Positions 38,301-50,100 of a stretch of DNA of 64,000 nucleotides are shown here, piece after piece. The stretch comes from Mytilus californianus. Lineage: Eukaryota. Each line of letters starts with the position of its first letter. The first letter of the stretch is position 1. A model generated the notes under the pieces. That model was not told the origin of the DNA, made no database searches, and was given only the letters and a program-made list of their open reading frames with translations. The stretch is from contig NW_026262701.1 of the NCBI RefSeq assembly GCF_021869535.1, positions 35,402,001 through 35,466,000 of the forward strand. Reading direction: 5' to 3'. A program made the position numbers and the translations under genes.

Positions 38301-41300
38301 CGGACACGTATTGTACATTGTTTTTGTTTAATATGTATATGAAGTGAAAACAAACTACTGATTTTCTTTTTTGATATATCAACTGACAGTTTGTGGTTTT
38401 TTGTTTTTGTTTCTACAATTAACAAACTGATTATGTAGCAACTATAAATATTTTAATGAAAAGACCACGAAAACCACAATACGCCAAACTTCGCATTATT
38501 GTAAGTAATCATAATAATATACATGCATTAATGCACTCGTTTTTCAGATGTCAAATATTTTTTAAAGGAATATTCTGTTGCATGTCTTTGATGTATGTTT
38601 ACAGAGTTTTGGCTGCAGGGTCCCAATTATTCACACTTAAAACCAATTATGTCTGTTTGGGTTGCTCACACAATTTGCCTAAGTGGGAAGATTATCTAGC
38701 TTCAAAACCAGGTTTTACCCACAATTTTCTTCGGACAATGCCTGTACTAAGTTATGAATATGACAGTTGATGAATATGACAGTTGTTTTCCATTCGTTCA
38801 TTTGGTTGATATAGTCAAACGATTGATTTTGTCAGTTTTCATAGACTTCCCCCTATCTTAATTTACCTTAGAATTCGGTATTTTTGTTAATTTTAATTTT
38901 AATTTTTGTCTTTTCTTTTTGTAGACAGGCTGATATCTCATTCATTTTTCATGACGTCACGATCATGTGCATAGACAGTTAATGTTTTTCTTATATTGTA
39001 ATGCAACAATAAAACAAAAAACGAGGTAAGCGAGTTCAAAGAAAAGACATAAATATTCATGATGAAGAGATAAGGAAAAAACAAGGGTCATATGGTGATA
39101 GAGAAACCCCAAATTGGGCAAACTGGTCCCTGTAGCTATAAACAGCAACATACTTCATACCGACATTACGGTTATTAAGGTTATATAGATAACAGACTTT
39201 ACTAAGTAAAACCAAAGAAGTTTTTTTTTCAATTTTTCGTGCATACCTTAACAGTATAATATGTTGTTGTCAAGTTCTTAATACAAATGTCTTTTAAATA
39301 ACTGACAAAACAAATACATCAGTTTTATGACATTTCATTTGAACTACATATATTATCCATTGACAGAAAAAACAATTTAATTATTGCGTGTCCTTACGTA
39401 TTTAGAATGGGTGTTCCCATAAAAAAAACTCATAAAGTTGAATAACAATAACCCTATTAAAGGAATTAGTCGAAAATCTTCTGGAAAAAAGAATGGGATA
39501 AATTTTAAAGTAAATTTGACATTAAATCATGATTCTTGACATAATGACAACATTTACAGCTATAAAATTAATAACTGTTCAGGACTGAAGCATAAAACTG
39601 AGAAAATGAAGTTCTTATTGTCATTTATTAAAAAATCATTTTAAGAAATGGCGCCCCATGTGACAGTCAACGGATAATTGTGATGATATGGGCAAGTGGA
39701 AAGGTCGTGACAACTAAAATAATCAAAAGCCGCACTACAACTTAATCGAGTTGGAAAGACTGAAGCAGAATCATAATCTATGTTTTGAACATTTTTTTTT
39801 TGTAAATTTTGTCGTTCACATTTGTTTGAATAAAAAAGGGATATGAGGTAAAGTCGTTATAATCTTGGTGTCAGGTCACATGACAGGTGCAAGCAATAAA
39901 CATCCTCGTTACAGGAAATTCGTTCTAAGAAATAAAACTGTGGAGATGTAGAACAGCAATAATGTTCCCTTTATATAATTGTTATTACCTAGTACCGGGT
40001 ATGTTATGACATGCGGTTCTTAGACCTCCATTCCATAGTTCTTATGTTTTTAATATATTTTCAACTATACATTAGCTAAGGAAAAAATCATTAAACATGT
40101 CCAAATTGTAAGGATTTTACACAGGTTCTGATCGGTACAACCAGAAACGTGTGTATTGTTCTTAAATGGACAGCAATCTGGTGCATTGTAATCAACTAAA
40201 TGTTATTGTTACGAATATAGCAACAGAAACGGGGTCTTAAGCGGTGGCCAAGGAACATATACCAGACATGTGTTGGGAACAATAAATATCCTAATCAACT
40301 CTTATTATTTTAATCTTATTATTTAAACAAATATAAGTACACAAAAGCCTGCATATACATGCATTAAAACAAGGACGCATTCCATGCTAATACCGCTTAT
40401 CTACTACTTAGTCTAATATAAGCTCTGACCACAATGCTGCCTGTGTCTGGGGCCAAATAAAGATAATCAATAAATTACTTCTGAGTACAATCAGAGTCAA
40501 GGTTTACATAAAGAAATTTAGTGCCAAATTAAATATTTGATGTGTGTATACTGTCGTCAGTCTTATGGACATTTATTATCACTGCTACGTCAACTGAACA
40601 AATTGTTGTAACAATTTTGACATGCAATATTTATTCGATACATTTAAAGTAAATATATACAATTTTGATAAATGGCATAGGAATCGATTTTGACAAGTTA
40701 TAGACATCAAAAAGAAAAAAAGTAAAAGATATTAAAGAGCGAAATTTTATGTTATTTTTTTCTTAAAATCAATATTAAAATTTTGGAATGATCCTTACGA
40801 AAAATTCCAAATACATTTCCTTTATTCTTTGATAGGAAACTGAACAGAGGAGATTTGCAGCAACATTTAAAAGACATCGGAAAGAAAAGCTCCTTTTTGT
40901 GGAAATGATTGAAATTTATAAAAAGATCAAACACGTAGCATATAGTGCTAAGCCATTTTTTATCAATGAATTCAAAAATGCAATTTTTATTTACTGATTT
41001 TATGACGACGGTAGAAATCAGATAGTATTCCAACTATAAGTTTGTTTATATCCCTTTCATAAGATTATGTCGTACTTTAAAGATTTACAATCCATCACTG
41101 GATATTTGCATTCGCAAAAACATCGTTTCGCAAGCTGATCGCTATATCGCATAAACAATCATATATACAGCTTGTCCATTCCAAAAGACTTGTATCCAAA
41201 GAAGACATGTTGCGCTTACCTACAAATCAGCAAAAAATGTAAGAAAATAAAAAAAGTACTTACCAAATTAAAAAAAAATCCGTTGACAAGCCTTCAAAGA

Positions 41301-43154
41301 CTATCTTTTGTGATAGTATTTCATCTGATAAACTTTTCCCTAGGCTCACACCAATATTAATGACATTATACGCCTCATATCGATGCATTTGTTAGATATT
41401 AACACTTGAATAACCACAAAAAGTTTATATATACATTTAATATAAATGTCTTTAAATCACGTGACTCTTGTCAATACACATCCCTTTACGGAATAAATAA
41501 ATTGGATGAATTATTTCTGCATTGATATTATATCAGTTCCGAATGTTTGGGTCGTTTAGGCTTTATGATATTGAACTTCTAAAGGTTTTTAATCTTCACA
41601 CATATTTTGTAATAAAATGTTTACGTAATATATTTCCTAATACCATTTGGCACAAAATTGGATTTGAATTGAGCTGAATTACCTATATATTTAATCAATA
41701 AATCAAGGACTTTTTTTTTGGTTGAAACACGATTCGGTTTCCCTTTGGGAATTAATTTGGATACGTAGCTTCCTATAAATCTATCCGTTTGGCTACAAAA
41801 TATTGGCTCTAATTAAGCGTTCTCGGGGCAGTAAATAGAATACTAGTACAATATATGATAGATAATGTCTTTATGTTGATTTATATACCTTTTATTACAT
41901 CCAATTTTGCATACGTAACAATCTTTTCTGTCAGTAAACACGATTCATTTTCTCTCTAGGTCTCTATTTGGATACTTAGCACCTATAAATCCATCCGGTT
42001 GACTTTCGAAATATTGTTTCTAAGCGTTCTGGGCGCAGGTAAATAGAATACAAGGCCTTTAAGTTGATTTTATATACCTTGTATTATTTATACCGTCCCC
42101 TTTCCCCCGAATGTGACCTACCGAATTAGACTTATCATCGGATTTGTACTTACATGAGCAAAACGACAGGTGCCACATGTGGAGCAGGATCTGCTTACCC
42201 TTCCGGAGCACCTTTTCTGTCCATTGCATAAAAAACCATCCTTAATCCCTAGTCTTTCTTATCATTTGATATAACTGATATTTATTTTTATCCGGCAGTT
42301 TTTACTTTACCGTCTTGATTTACATTTCTACATTATATAGTAATTAAACTGGGTATGGCGATTATGTAACCAAATACACTAATGTGGCCTAATGATGTTT
42401 CGAATAGTGTGATTTGGAAACGTGTAACTTAGATAAACACAAACTAGATGCTTCAATGAGTCCGTATCGCTTACCTTGTTGTTATGCATACTATTCACTA
42501 ACGTTCCCGTAAAATGAAAGATTATGGCCACAAAACTTAGTCTCCCTTTTCCCAACTTCATTAGGAACCCAATAAAATGGTATTAGAATATTAGAACCTT
42601 CATAGCACAATATTACAGACTGTCGGTACTGCATATACAATAGTATAGATCTAAATCTGCTGTACACGATTTCAAAATATATTGTTTTTGCAATGGCAAA
42701 CGCAACAGCAGACATTTTTATTGTTCACAGCAATTGAATGTTCTTCGTGACAATCGGGAACACTGATCCTGTTGTATATGTCGCACTGGTAGTCAGTCGG
42801 CAATAGGGTGTGTTTATTGTATTACTCTTGTAAACTTAGACCGATGTTTGCTATTCTTTTTCGGTAGTAGTTAGTCGGTAATAGGGTGTGCTTGTAAACT
42901 TAGACCGACGTTTGCTATTCTTTTTCGGTCTTTTTCATGATCCTCAGTTGAACATATGGTTTTCCATACATAAGCTAGACAAACCTTAGTTAGCTTACTC
43001 GTTTTTACAGAATTAAATGAAAATCTTATTTCTAAAAAGAATATCATATGTTCATGCAATATTTGTCAACAGATAAAAGAGAGACGAAAGATACCAAACG
43101 GATAATCAAACTCACAAGTCGAATACGAAATGAAAATGCCAATGCAAAAAACAA

Positions 43155-44998
43155 TAAACTGTTGACACAGAGATATGTCTCGCCTTTTTGTAATTTTGAT
43201 TGTAGAATGCAAATATTGAATCCAAATCAGCCAGGATTCTATTTCGTCAAAATTATCTCCCCATTAAACCACCTAATTTTTTCAAACGCGAAAACGGAAG
43301 CCATTGTAGGGATGACGCGCTGTCAGTTTAGCTCTTGAAAACCTATAAATTTATCCACATAGCATCATTACCATTCTTACATGCAAGTTATATTATAAAA
43401 GACGAATGCATCTACTCGCTATTAAGCATCATGTAATGCACTTTTATGCCTTTTGTCAACTTAAAAAACTACTGTCTGATCGGTTGTCAGGGTAAATTTT
43501 CGAAAGTTCAAAAAACATTAAAAAAATTCTAATCAAATATTGTTATGGAAGGGCAGACTAAAAATGTTCAGAGAAGACGAAATACCCTAGAAAAAACATA
43601 CAAATAATGAGAATTTTTTGAAGATATGCATTTTTAAGATCCACTTGTAGTCTGTCGTCAAGTGCTTTTTGTTATTTTGTATTAAAAATTTGCCATTCAA
43701 ACACACCTTACTATGTTACTATGACTCAGTAGAAAGGTAATTCGCTTGACCAATATATTTTATTTTTTAGTACTGTGAATCCTTAATGTTATATCAAAAT
43801 GTAGCCTAAATATATAAAAATAATAAAATCTGAAGAGAGATGGTGTATAAAATAGTGTTGCTTTATACGTTTTCAAGATAAAACAAAAAACTCAAACACC
43901 CCCAAACATAAAAAGGTGTACCCGACTTTATCTTTTCGATGAAATTGCTATTTTTTTTATTTTCTTCCGAAAAACTGTTACCGGGGGCAGAGATGATAAT
44001 TAATGCTATAAAAAGATCGATCTTTTATTTTTCTGTGGAATTTTTTTCTGTGAAATTATGCTTATGCACAAAATAGATCCACATGTATTTTCACTTAACC
44101 GATGATAATCGACTGTTTAGGGAAAATTTGTATTTAATTCAAAAGTTTAAAAATAGCTCGAAGCTTCATACTAGAAATTAAGTATAAACACGTAGATGAG
44201 ATGCAAAAAATCTTAAATTAAGCACATACATTAAACTTTTAAAGCCCATAGAAACAGATGTAAACAATTCAAATATACCAACTTGGCCATTTTTACCTTC
44301 TCTAATAAAAGAGTTCCATTTCTTTTGTTCTTTTGTTTAATTTCAACTGGATATCAGCCTGAAATTGTAATATTAAACGTGTAAACTATGCACAACATTC
44401 GTTTGCACTAACCAAAACACAAACTTTAACTTGTAAACAAAGTTTCAAAGTAAAAAAACAATGACGAGGTGATGAGGCCATATAATCTCCATGGAAAAGA
44501 GACTTGCAAATGCTCTTAAAAATGAATACCGAATATCTTTGACTTGATATTAGTGATTCCTCTTAAACTGATCAAATTACAAACTTTAACATGTTAACAA
44601 TGCAAAACATTCAAAGTCAATAGACCATGACTGAGGGGGCGGGGCCAAATAATCTCCATGGAAATGAGATGTGCCAATGCTAATGCATCTACATACCAAA
44701 TACCATTGACCTACCACTAATGGTTTGCCATAAACTGACCTAATCTCAAACTAATACATGTAAAGTAAGCAAAAGTTTCAAAGTCAATAGACCATGACTG
44801 AGGAGACTGGACCAAATAATCTCCATGGAAATGAGATGTGCCAATGCTAATACAGCTGCATACCAAATATCATTGACCTACCACTAGTGGTTCCCTATAA
44901 ACTGACCTAATCACAAACTAATACAATGTTGATGCCACTGCAAACGCCGTCTGAAGCAGCATACCTAATCATTCTCGCTATTTGACTCGGTCAAGAAG
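43155..44998 (+). mobile_element. Helentron-associated (HINE/pearl-like) element with internal tandem repeats, copy 1, interrupted
   Basis: 5' acagagatatgtctcgcctttttgtaattttga at about 43166-43199, about 3 units of a 160-175 bp repeat at 44430-44930, decayed 3' hairpin near 44960-44998. Confidence 0.65.
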
Positions 44999-45075
44999 GA
45001 TAAGTACATCCTGTTCGACATATGGCACCCGTCGTGTTGCTCATCATAACCATCTCTATCTTATCAATCCTATAC

Positions 45076-45277
45076 TTTCAGCACTATTGGCTATTTAGTG
45101 ACAGTCAGTTTTTATTGGTGGAAGAAGCTGGATCACTCAGAGAGAACCACAGACCTTCAGTCAATTAAAATTGTAGTCCAGCCTACCTACCATGTGCAGG
45201 GTTTGAACTCGCCTCAGCGTTGACAGGCTAGTGATACAGAAGTTGGACTACTTAGACCACTCAGCCACAAAGGCCCC
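45076..45277 (-). mobile_element. Second, more diverged copy of the same SINE
   Basis: Reverse complement begins ggggcctttgtggctgagtggtctaagtagtccaact..tatcactagcc, matching the 19312 copy. Confidence 0.85.
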
Positions 45278-45910
45278 TTATAACAATTTTGCCACTGATT
45301 AGTCTTTTGTAGACCAAACCTCTGTCTTTCATACTAAATCTAATTACTTTTTCGCCTTTCAGATCAAAGAGTAGCATTACCAATGTTAAGAAATTTAAAT
45401 CAAAATGGAAGATTCATTCTTGCCTGTGTAACCATCAAATGTATAATTGGAGGTGGAAGTTACCAATGAGACAATCAGAAATAAAAAAGGTTGAAAATAA
45501 AATGACAAAGTCATGTCAAATAAACTTGACAGATATGTCTCAACTATCGGCAGAAAATTAAAAAAAAAACCAGTCTGATGGACAGCATAATTGATAATTA
45601 ATTCAATGACAGAATGACAGAGGGCAGCATTTCAAAATGATCATCGAACTGAATGTACTGATAGTAATGCAACTTTCATTGTCTTTCATAAGTAGTTCCT
45701 TTCAAACTGACTTGAGCAGAACGCTTAACATTGAAAATTGCTAATTAATTCCAAGTCACTGGACCATGACCTAGGGTGTAATACCTCAAAGCCATGACAA
45801 CTGCTTAGATAGGGGATAGAAAATGGACTAGACATAGTGATGCCCTGCACTCCACTCTGAAGTAACTGTATTATAACAAAGTCAATGTATGACTTTCTTT
45901 GAGATATTAT

Positions 45911-46310
45911 TGTGTCTGGGAGACACAAATGATGCCCCCCAGATGCAAAGTGTTATTTTAAAACACACAAAGTTGAGCATGGGAGCACATAGGTCTATGG
46001 TTCACTGTAGTAGGAGTTATCCAGAAATGCTATGCACCTATTATGCAAGTATATACTCCAAAAATGACAAAGTTCAACTATCTCCCAAAAGAGCAAATTT
46101 CAATAAAAATCAAAACCCTGACCACATGCACACCTTCAATATATGTACAAACAGCCAGCAAAGTGAAAACTTCCTAGCATTCAAACTGTAGTAGGAGTTA
46201 TCTGGAATAACTATATATCCATAATGGGACAGACAGAAGGGCAGATGGAAGGACAGACAGACAGGGGTAAACAATATGCCCCTCAACTTCCAGTTGTGGG
46301 GGCATAAAAA
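45911..46310 (+). mobile_element. Pearl/HINE-like MITE of another family
   Basis: 5' mini-hairpin tgtgtct-ggg-agacaca, subterminal atgcccc, two ~180-bp internal units, GACA-type microsatellite, 3' hairpin atgcccc..ggggcat then A-run. Confidence 0.7.
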
Positions 46311-46895
46311 TAGGCAAAAAAAAATTGTTTGTGGTGATATATGTTTTATTTTCTGTTGTAAAATTATGATTTTATATAAATTTGTGTGCAAATAGAAAAA
46401 TATAACAATTTACAAATGCATGTAAAACAATTTTGATTTTCATGTAAACTTTGATGAAAAAAATAATATTCAAAACTTTTATAACAAAATATATCTATAC
46501 AAAATGGATTTCAAAATAACAAGTGTCATATAATAACAAATGTATATGTCTCCTATCAAACTGAACAGGAGAACAACCAGTTAATATTATGCATATTCAC
46601 ATTTGACCAAAAACTAACAATAAATTTACAATTTACATGGTGATTAAGTACTAAATAATCTACACAATGTTAATTTGACTCAGAACTTTTGCATACCATT
46701 CCTTTCAGTTACAACACTTATATATAAACCTGATTTATTATTAGTACTATTTAAATGAGATTCTAGCACTTTATTACACATGTCCTTTGCTCCAAACGAA
46801 CACTCTCCCAAAGACACCTCTGTAAATTCCAAGTCTGAACCTAAATTACATTATACATAATGAAAAAATTTGTTAAGGTCCTAGATATAACTTAT

Positions 46896-47148
46896 TTACT
46901 CGGCTTCAAAGTACATTTCTGGTCCAGTGATGATTTCATCTCCTTTACGAGAACCCCTGACTGAGCCGACAACTCTCTCTTCAAGATAGATTTCATTATC
47001 AGCGGCAAGGTCTTGTCCGTACATCCTATTCTTCTTGCTCTTCTTCTTCTTCTTTTGTTTACGGTACTCCTCATCGTCATAAGTAGCTTCTACGACTGGC
47101 AAGTAATAAGGGCGAGATTGAGTGCTCATGTACCTGTAGCTATCATCT
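46896..47148 (-). CDS. Gene C last coding exon
   Basis: ttttcag|a gat gat: DDSYRYMSTQSRPYYLP...EIITGPEMYFEAE-TAA; matches the 3' part of ORF 46896..47201. Confidence 0.9.
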
Positions 47149-50100
47149 CTGAAAAAGAGAAAGAAAAGCATTATTTTGTTTTCACAAATTAACCCAAGCA
47201 TCTAGCAAAATAACAAATAATAAGTTTGACATTGAACCAAAATTTTATTCTTTAATTTTAAGTGACGTGTCATCTTAATTTTTAACACATCGCATTAGGC
47301 AGAACTAAATTTTGTGAATACCTTCTTGACCAAATTTCAGCAAATTAATTTAATAAAAGATTCAATTGTTGTTCGATATGTTTTGAAGTTGTCCAGATAT
47401 TCTATTGCCCTCACCAACCAGTTTGCCAATAAAACAAAGTAACGTTAAAATCAGCCCACAGCAAAAAAAATAATTTCCTGTAATCAATCAATCTTCTTTA
47501 GACTCAAATGTACCATAGCAAAATAGTTATTTTTTTCAAATATTACTTACACATAGCTTATTCTGGGTACTTCTCTTACAGATTCCCTGAAAAATATATA
47601 AAAAGATGCAAGTTTACTTTCACACCAAGATGTCGTTAAATGAAATTGAATACATTGCATTGATCATGCTTTTCAATAACATATGGTCAAATCCCTGAAG
47701 ACCCCCTCCTAAGTTATAGAAAAACACTCATTCTGCATTGACAATAATATCTCAGTGTAAATTAGATACGCCCAATCAGGCATTCTCATAGGTGTATCTC
47801 ATACATAACACTGAATATTGGAAAGTTTAACAATTGATTGACCAAATTACAATCTAAAAGATATATTTTATATTTATAAAATGCCTTCATTCATAATCTT
47901 TCAATCAGTTTAATTGAGGTCGGGAGCTGGCATGTCAGTAACTGCTAGTAGTCCTTTGTTAATTTATCATCGTCATTTTGCTCAGTTTTTTTTGTTACCT
48001 ATTCTGACATCAGACTCAGACTTCTTTTAAACTGAGTTTTACTGTGCGTATTGCTGTGTGTTTGTTTACTCTACAATGGCTAGAGGTATAGGGGGAAGGT
48101 TGAGATCTCACAAAACATGTTTAACCCGCCGCATTTTTGCGCCTGTACCAAGTCAGGATAGAGCCTCTGGCCTTTGTTAGTCTTTTGTGTTTTTTAATTT
48201 TAGTTCATTTATATGTATTTGAGTTTAGTGTGACATCCATTTTCATTGAACTAGTACACATTTTTGTTAAGGGGACAGCTGAAGCCCACCTCCGGGGGTG
48301 CGGGATATTCTCACTGTGTTGAAGACCCATTGGTGGCCTTCGGTTGTTTTCTGCTCTTTGGTCGGGTTGTTGTCTTTTTGACACATTCCCCATTTCCATT
48401 CTCAATTTTATTGCATGGATAAACAATAAAAAAAATATTAAGGGACTAAGATAACTTACATATAACCGATTCTTGGTGTAACTTCTCTAACAGACACAAC
48501 AGATGGCTCTCTGTAAAAAAAAAAAGGAAGTATATAAATATGAGTACATATATTGTATAAATAAATATATCAGATATGTGAATCAAATATATCATGTAAA
48601 TAAATATAAATATCATATAAATATAAAATATTTAATAAATAAATCAAATAAATTATTTAATTTAAACACATCAAAATAATATTTTTATTTTCTAATACAA
48701 TGAATGTTTATCAGAATTTCATCAATTTATACTTTGACATATTGCATCTGAATAGCTAAACCCAAATATTTAACACAAAACCTCAACATTATTTGCCCCC
48801 CTCCCCCACCAACTTGACCCTGCAAAATATCAAATTCAAAATACACTCTTACTTCACAACTGGAATAGCTTCTTGTCTATAAGGCATTTCAGTTCTAATA
48901 ACTTCACGTTCAATGTAACGTTCTTTTTTCTCCCGCTTACGACCACAACATCCTATATAAAAAATTAAGACATTTTGAAATTTGTTAAAAGAAAACACAA
49001 CTGCAAAAGTTTTAACTAAAAACGGCAACAAGTTCAAAGGAAACTGACAAAAACGTTTAGATTTGTATTTATACCATCTGTAATGTATAGTACCAATATG
49101 GCTAGATTGATGAACTTCTATTCTTTCATCATGGAAAGAAATAACGCTCCACTTGCAAATTTATCCATGGTTAATCACAAACAAATAAAACAAAATAAAA
49201 CATAATTTTCCTTCATCAGTAAAAAGTAAATAAATTTTAAAGAATATTTAAAATACATTTGTCCATATTTAGCAAAAAAAGAATTATCTGGTTGTCTAGG
49301 TTACCTTGTACAACACAGCAGACGATGATGATAACAATAAGTAGGATACCAAACAATACAGCCAGACAGATAGCAGCAATCTCTCCTCCTGTCAAACCAG
49401 CAGATACGGTAGTCTCAACTATCTTTGGAGCTGTAAAATAATTACATTTTGTTAATTATTTTGAGTTGTCTCCCATTATTTATCAAAATAATTGAATTTA
49501 TCTCCCTTGACACAATAATAAAAGTAGTTTTAGAAATAAAATTTTGAAAAATGCATGCTTATAAAAAGATATATACCACAGTCTCAATTTATAAGTCAAT
49601 TTCATTTCATCATTTGTTTTAACTTGCTCCTTTTATTTATCAATATAATTACATTCATCTCCCTTGACACAAATAATAGCTTAAGAAATGAAATTTGAAG
49701 AAAAAAGCATGCTTATCAAAAGAAAAATGTACATCACAGTCTCAATTACATCTGGAGCTATAAAACAATTTCATTTCATTAATTTTTTTAAGTTGTCTCT
49801 CATTATTTACCCAAATAATTGCATTTATCTCCCTTGACACAATTGAAAGAATAGCTTTAGAAATGAAATTTTGAAAAATGCATGCTTATAATAAGATATA
49901 TACCACAGTCTCAATTATATCTGGAGCTAAAAACAATTACATTTCATTTATTATTCAAGTTGTCTCATTATTTACCATAAATAAATGCATTTATCTCCCT
50001 TGAAACAATTGAGGAACGTCAAAATGAAATTTTGACGAAAGAATGCATGCATAATTAAGGTGTAATACCACCAAATCATAGAACGTCACATCCGGTTGCA

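Noticed and set aside
37984-38382. 132-aa ORF as a host zinc-finger gene
   Set aside because: It matches the C-terminal end of LINE ORF2 and lacks the rest; treated as a relic.
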